A DNA stretch of 64,000 nucleotides from a virus (IMGVR_UViG_3300019776_000919:96001-160000); one strand, 5' to 3'. Positions 1-7,943 are shown, counted from the stretch's first letter. Program-made: numbers and translations. Notes: generated from the sequence alone by a model not told the origin.

Positions 1-228
1 AGTCAAGAATGCGCTAGAGAAGCCCGACTATTATCATCCCCCTACCGTTTTACCCAAACAGGGGTTATCCACTAAGTCTCTCTACTAGAGTGTTATTAAT
101 AGAGTGACATAGGATATTTCACTTTCTCTTACTGGTGATGCTGTGGATGGTAAGAGAAGCCATGATAATAGGTCAATCCGGTGGGCTAGCCCGGATGAGG
201 AGGTGTTTGGAACCAGTCGATATTCAGA

Positions 229-1011
229 TCAAGTCAAAGTGTTCCGCATCGCAGAAGAAAAGTGCTTGTGGATCAAATTGTTGAACATTGAAGCCAGGGC
301 GTTGGTGATGTGCTTGAACATGTCCCGGAAAACCAAGCGCAAAACATCGCTGACCAAGAAAATCGGCCAAGCAAGCGTTTTGTCTGCCAAATTCCAAGCA
401 GTCAAAGACTTGTTTAAGGAAAAGACGAACGGGTCCTTGATTTCATTCAGGCAGGATTTGTTTGCCACGTATGAATATTGAATACTAACCATGTCAAACC
501 GAATGAGGGTTTGATCAGACAGTCGACCGGTAAATTTGCGCACGATTTCATACACCTCCAAAACTTCTTTATGAACTCCGGGAGACCAATCTTCATTCGT
601 TTTTTTAAGCAGGTTTTGATAGGTATCAAAAAGTTGATAACTGATCAAAGTCTGCTTCCATGTGTTAGCCAAAAACCCCTTGGTCAAAATAACTTCATGG
701 AGCGTAGCTGCAATGGCATAAATGATGCCTATTGCAAAGTACGCAAAGATGTACCCCGTTGAATTCCAAATTGAAAGACCGAGGTCCCGAACACTTTCAG
801 GATACGATTTCGGAGATACCGTCGCACATATAAATTCATATGCAACAAACCCGAGCGCAATCCAGTAGTACGAGGAGTATTGATCCGGGGTGTTCAAAAA
901 ATCTTGAAGCCTGTAATACTTTCGATCCACCGCTCGGATGCATTCGAAGAGAATCCAAAACCCCAAGACCCAAGTCAAAAGGAACGGAGTGAGAAATTCA
1001 AAAACGATCAT
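229..1011 (-). CDS. hypothetical membrane protein
   Basis: 260-aa ORF with several hydrophobic segments; same strand as neighbours. Confidence 0.7.
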   Translation of the reverse strand: MIVFEFLTPFLLTWVLGFWILFECIRAVDRKYYRLQDFLNTPDQYSSYYWIALGFVAYEFICATVSPKSYPESVRDLGLSIWNSTGYIFAYFAIGIIYAIAATLHEVILTKGFLANTWKQTLISYQLFDTYQNLLKKTNEDWSPGVHKEVLEVYEIVRKFTGRLSDQTLIRFDMVSIQYSYVANKSCLNEIKDPFVFSLNKSLTAWNLADKTLAWPIFLVSDVLRLVFRDMFKHITNALASMFNNLIHKHFSSAMRNTLT

Positions 1012-1100
1012 AAACCACCATTATGAATAGGGGTTGAAATTTAAAGCCAAACTTTGCTATTATTTTTTAGTTTTTGTATCTAGGTCAGTTGACGTTTGAT

Positions 1101-1538
1101 TTAAACCACGTAGCCCCGGTCGACTTGCATCAGCTTACGGATCTCCAGAAGATCCATATGATTGACTTGAAGCGATCCTTGATGATAGTGAGTGGCCCGA
1201 TATCCAATTTTTATAAATACCTCGTGGGCAACATCGCCAGGAACAATGTTGATAATCCCGTTGGGCCGACTTTGAGCTTCAACCATCAATCGATCCAACG
1301 TCTCTTGGATTTGAATCGTGGGACCATCCGCCTTAATGCTTGACATGGATTGAGAGATTTTGCACACGGCGAGGATGTACAAAGGCAGGCTCAAAACAAA
1401 CACCTTTTCTGCTGGAGTTGATTGGCTTGTGCAATACAAACCCCAGACCATCGGAATGCAACAAGACAGCACAATTATTGCAATATTCAGGAGTTTTCGA
1501 TTGTGCGGGGCGGGCAGGGGTTGAAGATTCGATTTCAT
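1101..1538 (-). CDS. hypothetical membrane protein
   Basis: 145 aa, two N-terminal hydrophobic helices, directly downstream of the promoter motif at 1600-1629. Confidence 0.65.
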   Translation of the reverse strand: MKSNLQPLPAPHNRKLLNIAIIVLSCCIPMVWGLYCTSQSTPAEKVFVLSLPLYILAVCKISQSMSSIKADGPTIQIQETLDRLMVEAQSRPNGIINIVPGDVAHEVFIKIGYRATHYHQGSLQVNHMDLLEIRKLMQVDRGYVV

Positions 1539-1599
1539 AGCGCCTCTGATGATTGAAGTATTAGCTAAATTTTCAGGAGACGTATATGTCTCTATACTT

Positions 1600-1629
1600 C
1601 TTATACCAGAATAAGCACTTGTAATTGAA
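1600..1629 (-). promoter_or_regulatory. conserved phage early-type promoter TTCAAT-N15-TGGTATAAG
   Basis: Exact consensus copy, intergenic, upstream of a minus-strand gene. Confidence 0.8.
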
Positions 1630-1637
1630 TGTAGAAT

Positions 1638-1880
1638 TTAATCCGAATATACTAATTCACCGTCAGACAATTTGATGATGTTGGTATACCCTCCCGGTTC
1701 CCTGCTTATGTAACAATCAGTTTCTGTTCTGACCCAAGGAAGGATATCCCCAATTCTGTATTGGGAATACCACATGCGGTGGTCTGAGAAACCAACAATT
1801 TTAATACCTATTGGATTTTTTCTGGCAACAGGAGTTAAAGAGGGGTCGATTATGTTTGTATTTGGCTGAGATTCTTGCAT
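1638..1880 (-). CDS. hypothetical protein
   Basis: 80-aa ORF in the minus-strand run. Confidence 0.55.
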   Translation of the reverse strand: MQESQPNTNIIDPSLTPVARKNPIGIKIVGFSDHRMWYSQYRIGDILPWVRTETDCYISREPGGYTNIIKLSDGELVYSD

Positions 1881-2236
1881 GAACGCAATTCTACCTCGTA
1901 TTTAAGCTGAGGTCTATACCAAATTCTTCCGGATATAGGATTTGGCTCTTGCCGATGCCTAGACCAGTCTGCATATTTACTCATGCCACCTAATTTGTCG
2001 TGCCATCTAAGCATAATTCTGCAAATAGAACCAACGTCTTTTCTTTGGCTGCACGCCATTTCATCAAGGATTTCTCCGGTCGGAGAAAATAGCCTAGCGT
2101 GCCACCTATCATTGATCTTTGTCACTTTAATGTAAATATCGGGATGATTATAAATAACCGGCGGCATCATCTTTTCTTTTTTACATTGTAATTTTTGCCT
2201 ACGTTCTAATTTTTGTTTACGCTTTGACTTTTTCAT
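1850..2236 (-). CDS. hypothetical basic protein
   Basis: 128-aa ORF with Lys/Arg-rich N-terminus. Confidence 0.65.
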   Translation of the reverse strand: MKKSKRKQKLERRQKLQCKKEKMMPPVIYNHPDIYIKVTKINDRWHARLFSPTGEILDEMACSQRKDVGSICRIMLRWHDKLGGMSKYADWSRHRQEPNPISGRIWYRPQLKYEVELRSCKNLSQIQT

Positions 2237-2424
2237 AGTATATAGAATGTGTAGGTAAGCTAAAAACTAAAGAAAATGAGTGAATTCAAACTTGAAATAA
2301 GGTAGGGGGCTACCATAACCTAGGTGTACAGCCTAAGTTACGGTAGCCATTAGGGTTCGGCACGAAGGCACAGGGGAACTCTACGCAGGCCAGATTGCTC
2401 GGGAAGATATTAACCCTTGGTTTA

Positions 2425-2499
2425 GTGTATACGGCAAAGAGTTTATTCTCTACCGTTTCGTCCACTGCTTATAGTCCCGGACTGATCACTACACGGACT
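2425..2499 (-). ncRNA. type I hammerhead ribozyme, G3-C8 core variant, with pseudoknot
   Basis: Minus strand: stem I GUGUA/UACAC, core GUGAUCA, stem II GUCC/GGAC, GAAA, stem III CGGUAGAG/CUCUUUGCCG, cleavage triplet GUA; loop II GGACU can pair with upstream AGUCC. Confidence 0.8.
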
Positions 2500-2517
2500 G
2501 TTGGCTGCTGTGCCGTA

Positions 2518-2919
2518 TTACATGTAGGCACGGGCTTCGCTGAGGACCTTGGCTTCGCCTTCCATGGCGTCGCTAACGGCTTTGTTGAACTGGATGTGGT
2601 CGAAATCCTGCTGCGCCAGAGCTGCTTTCAACTTGGTCAACTCGATCAAGGAATGTTTGATGGCCTTCTCAGCGGCACGCAGCTTGCGAATGGATTTCAC
2701 CCGCTTTTTCAGGTGGGCATCCAGGTCGGAGATCTGGCCGACCTTCACTTGAATGAGATCGTTTTGACGATCTTCGTTCAGTTGTGCCTGGGCTTTCGCA
2801 AAGGCCTCGCTTGAGGCGATGCCGGGGGCCTGCTCGAATTCGGCCAAGTCGTCTGCCGAGACGCTTGCCGCCGGATTTCCGGGGAGCTTCACGTTGTTCT
2901 TCAACTTGTCTTTGCTCAT
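2518..2919 (-). CDS. hypothetical coiled-coil protein
   Basis: 133 aa, GAAAGG SD-like site, GC-richer codon usage, heptad-like helical sequence. Confidence 0.8.
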   Translation of the reverse strand: MSKDKLKNNVKLPGNPAASVSADDLAEFEQAPGIASSEAFAKAQAQLNEDRQNDLIQVKVGQISDLDAHLKKRVKSIRKLRAAEKAIKHSLIELTKLKAALAQQDFDHIQFNKAVSDAMEGEAKVLSEARAYM

Positions 2920-2999
2920 GTTCTGCCTTTCGTGCAGTTGAGTGGTGGTGAAGGAAGATGGTAGGACGTACTGGATTCGAACCAGTGACCATCGGATTA

Positions 3000-3656
3000 C
3001 TTACTACTCCAGTTTTCACTGGCTGATTTTCATCATTGTAGTCTGGACTATATCATCACCTTCTGTCTTCACAGTTAAGGTGTCTTGCTCGTAGTCTCTG
3101 AGGACTCTCATAACGTCTAGGTAATCTGATAGCAAGTTTACCTTGCTATTCTGCCCGTTCTTAGGAGGATCGGCTCTCAGTGTCAAATGTGAACCTGTTG
3201 TTTTCAACAGCTCATCGTTTCTAATCCAAGCAATCTTGTCATCATCAACGCAGTAAACTGCATATATTTGACAATCTTTCATGTTGTATTGAAACCTATA
3301 ATTTGGCCCTGATTTCCAACCGCATACTGAATAAACCCCGTTTGTTTTAGTTACGGTTTTTACCTGTATGCCTATCAGCTTTGACTTTACTTCAAGCACT
3401 AAGTCTATTCTTGAGATATCACCGAGTTCGATGAATACTGAATATCCTAAGGCCAAAAGCTCAGTCGCTACTTTCATTTCTCCTAAATTACCTAATCGCT
3501 TAGTGTGCATAATCTTTTGGATTATACATCACAAGTTGCCTGCTGATTGACCAATCCTTTAGATTTTTACGACTGGGGTCGTACTAAAGGCTCTAAGGTT
3601 ATTCCAGCATATCGCAAGATTTTCATTCACATATTTCTATGTGACGCTTCCAATCA
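3000..3656 (-). mobile_element. group I intron in the tRNA-Lys anticodon (between positions 35 and 36)
   Basis: Exon ends in U, intron ends in G; P1 CUUU/GAAG with U.G at the splice site; P (AUGCUGGAA), Q (AAUCAGCAG), R (UCAGAGACUA), S (GAUAUAGUCC); P3 UCUUGC/GCAAGA. Confidence 0.92.
3016..3510 (-). CDS. intron-encoded PD-(D/E)XK homing endonuclease (I-Ssp6803I-like)
   Basis: GxxGE...GY.V...G....ID...IQVK motif pattern; located inside the intron, with its 3' end overlapping the R/S core elements. Confidence 0.85.
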   Translation of the reverse strand: MHTKRLGNLGEMKVATELLALGYSVFIELGDISRIDLVLEVKSKLIGIQVKTVTKTNGVYSVCGWKSGPNYRFQYNMKDCQIYAVYCVDDDKIAWIRNDELLKTTGSHLTLRADPPKNGQNSKVNLLSDYLDVMRVLRDYEQDTLTVKTEGDDIVQTTMMKISQ

Positions 3657-3737
3657 AAAGTCCGGTGCTCTACCAACTGAGCTAACGTCCCAAATTTGCA
3701 ACCTAGTATTTTACACTAGATTCTAATCGAAATCAAA

Positions 3738-4142
3738 TCAATTCGGCCCAAAGAAATAGATCCAATCACCCATCGTCAGTGCCAGCGACTGAGGGACCGT
3801 GCTGCTGAAAAGGTTTACCCACGCTGCGTACTCCGTCATGGCTGCAGTGTGTTCTTGAATTTTTGCATGGGCTTCAGCGAACGATTTCTGAAGATCAGTA
3901 TTCAAAACCACCTTTGGAGCAGCCCCGGTGTTGGACACCAGATTATGAGACTCGCTTTGGGTAATGGTTACCCCCTTGGTGCGGAGTTCTGCTTCAAGCT
4001 CGTCTTTCCGTTTTACCCAGTATTCAGCCCTGGATTTGCGAAATTCCAACTTCTTCTGTGCCGCTTTCAAAAGAATCGGCTGGTCAAAGTTGAACAACCA
4101 ATTTTCACGATGAGATTCGAAATGCTTAGGGTCAAGTAACAT
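3738..4142 (-). CDS. hypothetical protein
   Basis: ORF-track 3738..4184; ATG at 4142 has an AGAAAGG SD and is the more likely start. Confidence 0.75.
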   Translation of the reverse strand: MLLDPKHFESHRENWLFNFDQPILLKAAQKKLEFRKSRAEYWVKRKDELEAELRTKGVTITQSESHNLVSNTGAAPKVVLNTDLQKSFAEAHAKIQEHTAAMTEYAAWVNLFSSTVPQSLALTMGDWIYFFGPN

Positions 4143-4493
4143 GACAGCCTTTCTATGGGGGTGCCCGACCCTCAAGATGAACAAACTCGTCTTACCACCA
4201 CAGCAGTCGGAGAACGAGGGTCGGGCGAAACTGAAAAATTATGAATCTGAGAGGTTGATAAGGGTGCTGGCTTCAACGCCACGGTCAATAGAGGAGGGTA
4301 TATTGAACGTGATTGGCCCAGAGGGTAGGCCTTTTATGAAACCAGCACTCCTATCAATCTCTACGGGACTTGATAGGGGAATAGTGGTCGCCATTCCGCT
4401 TTTAAATTAGTGCTGTTCCTCAAGTATGCTTTTTATTGCATCGGTGCGGACCTCCTTGGCCGCTCGATTAATGAAGGCATGGTTTCAGGCAAA

Positions 4494-4567
4494 TGGAGCG
4501 GGGTACGAGACTCGAACTCGTTTAGGTAGCTTGGAAGGCTACAGCACAACCCATATGCCAACCCCGC
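4494..4567 (-). tRNA. tRNA-Gly(UCC)
   Basis: Cloverleaf; anticodon arm GTAGC-CTTCCAA-GCTAC; T loop TTCGAGT; CCA end. Confidence 0.93.
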
Positions 4568-4774
4568 AAAAGGCAGAAGTAGAGAAAGACCGGACGTTGC
4601 TCACATGAATGAGCTGGTTAATTCCTCCGGCATAGACCTGGGGCTAAACACCCCCTGCTTGCCACACATTCTCTACTTTGCCAAAACTGAATAACGTCAC
4701 CCTTTACATCTTGTCTGTGGGGTGTTCACAATCGGCTTATCCAACAAGTCTCACCAATCGTTACGTCATATTTA

Positions 4775-4850
4775 TGGCTCCCCGACCTGGGCTCGAACCA
4801 GGGACCTACGGATTAACAGTCCGGCGCTCTACCAACTGAGCTATCAGGGA
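4775..4850 (-). tRNA. tRNA-Asn(GUU)
   Basis: 76-nt cloverleaf, anticodon loop CTGTTAA, CCA end. Confidence 0.95.
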
Positions 4851-5027
4851 ATTGTGAAAGTGGTATTTCATATTATACCACAATCAATGAACAGAAGCGG
4901 CAATCTAGTATGCCTATTACTAATCATTATTAGTACTGTACCCTACCTGAACGTTTAGTCGTGCTCCCAATGCTTCACATGGAAATATGCACGGATCAGG
5001 GTGTTACATGTTTACCGGGTCATTGAT

Positions 5028-5128
5028 TGGAGGAGAGACTGGGATTCGAACCCAGGTTTCAATGCCAATTCCTACCTTCGGTTGCTCCCGTGTAGTCCTT
5101 GCGTCCTAAGCCTCTAGACGATCTCTCT
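5028..5128 (-). ncRNA. tRNA-like RNA with enlarged anticodon arm (no. 1)
   Basis: Acceptor AGAGAGA/TCTCTCC+T+CCA, D arm GTCTAGAGGCTTAGGAC, T arm CTGGG-TTCGAAT-CCCAG; ~42-nt anticodon domain. Confidence 0.75.
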
Positions 5129-5137
5129 TTTTAAAAC

Positions 5138-5249
5138 CTCGTCAAGGTGGAATCAAACCACCATTATGGAGTTGGCATTGCCGTTACGAACAATCGTCGT
5201 GTTTGGCACGTCCTAGTGCTCCATTGTAATGCCATTATACTATCGACGA
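5138..5249 (-). ncRNA. tRNA-like RNA with enlarged anticodon arm (no. 2)
   Basis: Acceptor TCGTCGA/TTGACGA, D arm GTATAATGGCATTAC, T arm GGTGG-TTTGATT-CCACC; ATGGAG/CTCCAT stem encloses a long insert; no encoded CCA. Confidence 0.7.
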
Positions 5250-5914
5250 GTAACATCCGGTCAGCTACTCCGGAGGTTGAAATAGTTAGAAGCTTATTCC
5301 ACGAGCCGTTTATGGTCACGGTGCAAGAATGAACTTCGCTCTGAATACAGCTTCTAACTATTTCAATTGGCAAAGCTCACATACCGTTACCAACAAAGTA
5401 GAACCAAAGGTCCGTGTCATGGTTTTTGCAAATGTCTGCGTGGAGCATGGCCCAGTCCAAGTTCAGACGTGATTGTGGTGATGCGTAGACGTTCAAAAGG
5501 GAAAGCATGTGAACTCCTAACTGTATGAAAGACAAGTCAAGCAATACCTTATCCAAGTGGCCTTATTGAGACTTTTCCAGTAAGAGGGACTCTCCTGGTA
5601 CGGTAGTCAAAAGGGGACTCAAACAAGTGCCGAAGGATTTACCCTGGGAGCCAAAATCACTTTCTTCACTCAAGTTTACCGCGAATAGACTTGATCTATT
5701 AGAACAAAGACTTGTCTTTAATACAGTCAAGGTGGATTGGAAATTACGCAAAAGGTGGTGAACCTCAGTCATCAATTTATAGTTGCGACCTATTGTTGCG
5801 TCTGGGATTAATAACCCGCTGTGTTTCGTGGCCACAAAGAGCACAGTTGAGAGTTACATGATCAGGTTCAGCCAACATTGAATTCTTCAGGTTCACCACC
5901 TTTTGCGCAAATTT

Positions 5915-6262
5915 AAGGTGCCCCTCCTTTGAGGCACGGTACTCTTACAAAGCAAGGCTCCTTGCGAACAAGGATCTTGGGAGGGGCATCTGAACTAGAA
6001 GGAAACTCCTAGTTCAGAACTTCGGTTCAGGCTGCGAGAGCCTGGACATAGCTGCTGTCATTGGCAGTTACTTGTTTACCTACATGTTTAACGAGCATAC
6101 AGGCTGGCTCGTGTTGTAGTCTAAGATACTAATCTGTCAATCGAATGCCTAGTCACCCCCATTGAACAGCTTAATGGTGGAGGTGCCCGGAATCGAACCG
6201 GGGTCTTGCCAGTTGTTCTCTCTTTCTTTCAGATGAGCGAACTCATCACACAACAATTCTTT
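5915..6262 (-). ncRNA. ssrA: circularly permuted (two-piece) tmRNA; tag (A)ANDSSYVQALAA
   Basis: Acceptor piece ending ...TTCGATTCCGGGCACCTCCACCA (6175) lies upstream of the coding piece starting GGGGGTG (6160); G3.U70 pair; tag ORF 6065-6027. Outer ends are approximate. Confidence 0.92.
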
Positions 6263-6335
6263 TAAAGGTCCAACTTCTACCTTTTTACTACTACATAACC
6301 GCAGGTGATACCTCTAACACCCTCGCTATGTTTAG

Positions 6336-6623
6336 TTAACCCTTCAGATTTTCATCTTTGGGCTTGATCCATTCCAATCTGAGAAAATTGGTGTAATCAC
6401 TGGGATCGTAACGGTCGTAGTACAAACACTGAGTGTGAATCCAGTGAGCTGTAATACGTACGTCTTCCGGCTTAGCATCAGGCCAACGTTCTTTAGCTTT
6501 AGCCAAAAGGCCTGCTAAGTCAAGCTGCTCGACATAATAGCCGGTTTCGATCCAAAATTCAGTCTCAGTGTCATCAGGCCAGAAGTCGACAATTTCTGTA
6601 CCCTTGCGAGTTGTTTTGCCCAT
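6336..6623 (-). CDS. hypothetical protein
   Basis: Start at ATG 6623 gives a TAATG overlap with the upstream gene. Confidence 0.75.
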   Translation of the reverse strand: MGKTTRKGTEIVDFWPDDTETEFWIETGYYVEQLDLAGLLAKAKERWPDAKPEDVRITAHWIHTQCLYYDRYDPSDYTNFLRLEWIKPKDENLKG

Positions 6624-7093
6624 TATGAAAACTCGTGGGCCACAAGATCCCAAGTACCTTTACCGTAGCCCACTGCCCCATGACCAAGGACACCTTCACC
6701 GTTGAGTCTGAGTCGAAGTAATCCTTTCGGACCCTTGATTGCGTTGTTCACGGAAAAGTAATGCTCTTCACTGGAGTACCATGCCCAAGGGCCGACCCAG
6801 GGTAGCGGATCTCGCTCCCAGGGAGGTATTTTGTTTTCTCGAACCATGATGATGTTCATCATTTGTTCAAAAGTTAAATCCGGCCAGGGATGACCTTCGG
6901 TATGGATACTACCCGTCTTCAACAATTTAACCCAGTCATCCAAGTCATTAATACCCTTGTCAGGGTACACTCGGAGTTTGAAGGTCCAACCAGCTGAAGA
7001 CTTTCCAATGTGAAGTGTTTGCGGCGGGTCGAATCGACCGCAACATTCACAAGGTTTACCAGCTTTTGTTGCAAGATAGAAATTGGTTCCCAT
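6623..7093 (-). CDS. hypothetical phage protein (MGTNFY...CxxC...HIGKSSAGW)
   Basis: 156 aa, GGAGG SD, CxxC motif. Confidence 0.8.
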   Translation of the reverse strand: MGTNFYLATKAGKPCECCGRFDPPQTLHIGKSSAGWTFKLRVYPDKGINDLDDWVKLLKTGSIHTEGHPWPDLTFEQMMNIIMVRENKIPPWERDPLPWVGPWAWYSSEEHYFSVNNAIKGPKGLLRLRLNGEGVLGHGAVGYGKGTWDLVAHEFS

Positions 7094-7120
7094 TACGCCC
7101 TCCGTAATAGAAGTTATTCG

Positions 7121-7275
7121 GGTGGTTAAGCAGGGATTCGAACCCCGGTACAGTCACAAGCAAATGTGTTAGCCGAACTTGTACGCCTCATGGAGGAGGA
7201 CCGTCATAGTTTGGTTACTGGCCAAAGAGGCTACTTTGCTGTTGTCTGTGTTTTGCCGTATTAAACTACTTAACC
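7121..7275 (-). ncRNA. tRNA-like RNA with very large anticodon arm (no. 3)
   Basis: Perfect acceptor GGTTAAG/CTTAACC+ACC, D arm GTTTAATACGGCAAAAC, T arm CGGGG-TTCGAAT-CCCTG; ~100-nt paired anticodon domain. Confidence 0.78.
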
Positions 7276-7416
7276 GAAACTTTTTGCACCCATAGATCAA
7301 GGCTTGATTACTCCGCATAGGCTGCGGTTTTCTTAGTCATTCACTGTCGGTGTCACCCATCCCAGGGCCAATTCCGGGATTGATAATCTAGCCTTGATCT
7401 ATGGGCACGTTTGAAA

Positions 7417-7605
7417 TTAACCTTGTTGTTCCAAGGCTTTTGCCCAAGTCCATGCAGTCAAGAAAAGCGCAAATATTCCCAGCACTGCTACTACTAACAC
7501 AAGGATGGCAAGCCCTATGCCGGTAGGTTTGGTGGTCAAACTCATCGTAACGACAAGAGTGGCAGTACAAATTATCCACGCAAGCCAGACATTTTTCAGA
7601 GTCAT
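7417..7605 (-). CDS. small two-helix membrane protein
   Basis: 62 aa, two hydrophobic helices, GAGGTG SD. Confidence 0.6.
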   Translation of the reverse strand: MTLKNVWLAWIICTATLVVTMSLTTKPTGIGLAILVLVVAVLGIFALFLTAWTWAKALEQQG

Positions 7606-7659
7606 TATTAAACACCTCTGGTCAGAATTGAGATGAAGACTGAGAATCGAATTTAAGAT

Positions 7660-7751
7660 TGGCGGGTAAGGTGAGATTCGAACTCACGGAGCATCTTTCA
7701 ACACCCGACGACTTAGCAAGCCGCTGCCTTAGACCACTCGGCCACCTACCC
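7660..7751 (-). tRNA. tRNA-Ser(GCU)
   Basis: Class II cloverleaf with long variable arm, loop TTGCTAA, GCCA end. Confidence 0.95.
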
Positions 7752-7776
7752 TGCGCATAACTCAATCCTACAAACT

Positions 7777-7867
7777 TGGCGGAGGCGGTGAGATTCGAAC
7801 TCACGGGCCGGGGTTACCGACCGACGGTTTTCAAGACCGTTGCATTAAACCACTCTGCCACATCTCC
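7777..7867 (-). tRNA. tRNA-Ser(UGA)
   Basis: Class II cloverleaf, loop CTTGAAA, GCCA end. Confidence 0.95.
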
Positions 7868-7913
7868 AATTTTATTTACTAAGCAAGTTGTATTATAACT
7901 TGGTTACATCATT

Positions 7914-7943
7914 CTTATACCATGTATATTACAACTTATTGAA
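7914..7943 (-). promoter_or_regulatory. conserved promoter heading the tRNA/ncRNA island
   Basis: Exact TTCAAT-N15-TGGTATAAG just upstream of the first tRNA. Confidence 0.8.

Larger units (their letters stand above)
2959..3691 (-). tRNA. tRNA-Lys(UUU), split by a group I intron (5' exon 3691-3657, 3' exon 2999-2959)
   Basis: Joined exons give GGGACGTTAGCTCAGTTGGTAGAGCACCGGACTTT^TAATCCGATGGTCACTGGTTCGAATCCAGTACGTCCTACCA, a 76-nt cloverleaf with encoded CCA. Confidence 0.92.

Noticed and set aside
4400-4493. HDV-like (theta), twister or pistol ribozyme in tRNA trailers
   Set aside because: I could not build the required pseudoknots or conserved cores by eye; a covariance search is needed
2395-5844. 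Short ORFs 2395-2814, 2669-3019, 4141-4410, 4426-4608, 4722-4958, 5147-5373 and 5563-5844
   Set aside because: They overlap tRNAs, the ribozyme, structured RNAs or a better-supported gene, and lack supporting signals
5028-7275. tRNA-like RNAs read as ordinary intron-containing tRNAs
   Set aside because: I could not remove any segment to restore a canonical 7-nt loop with U33; no group I core or clear bulge-helix-bulge
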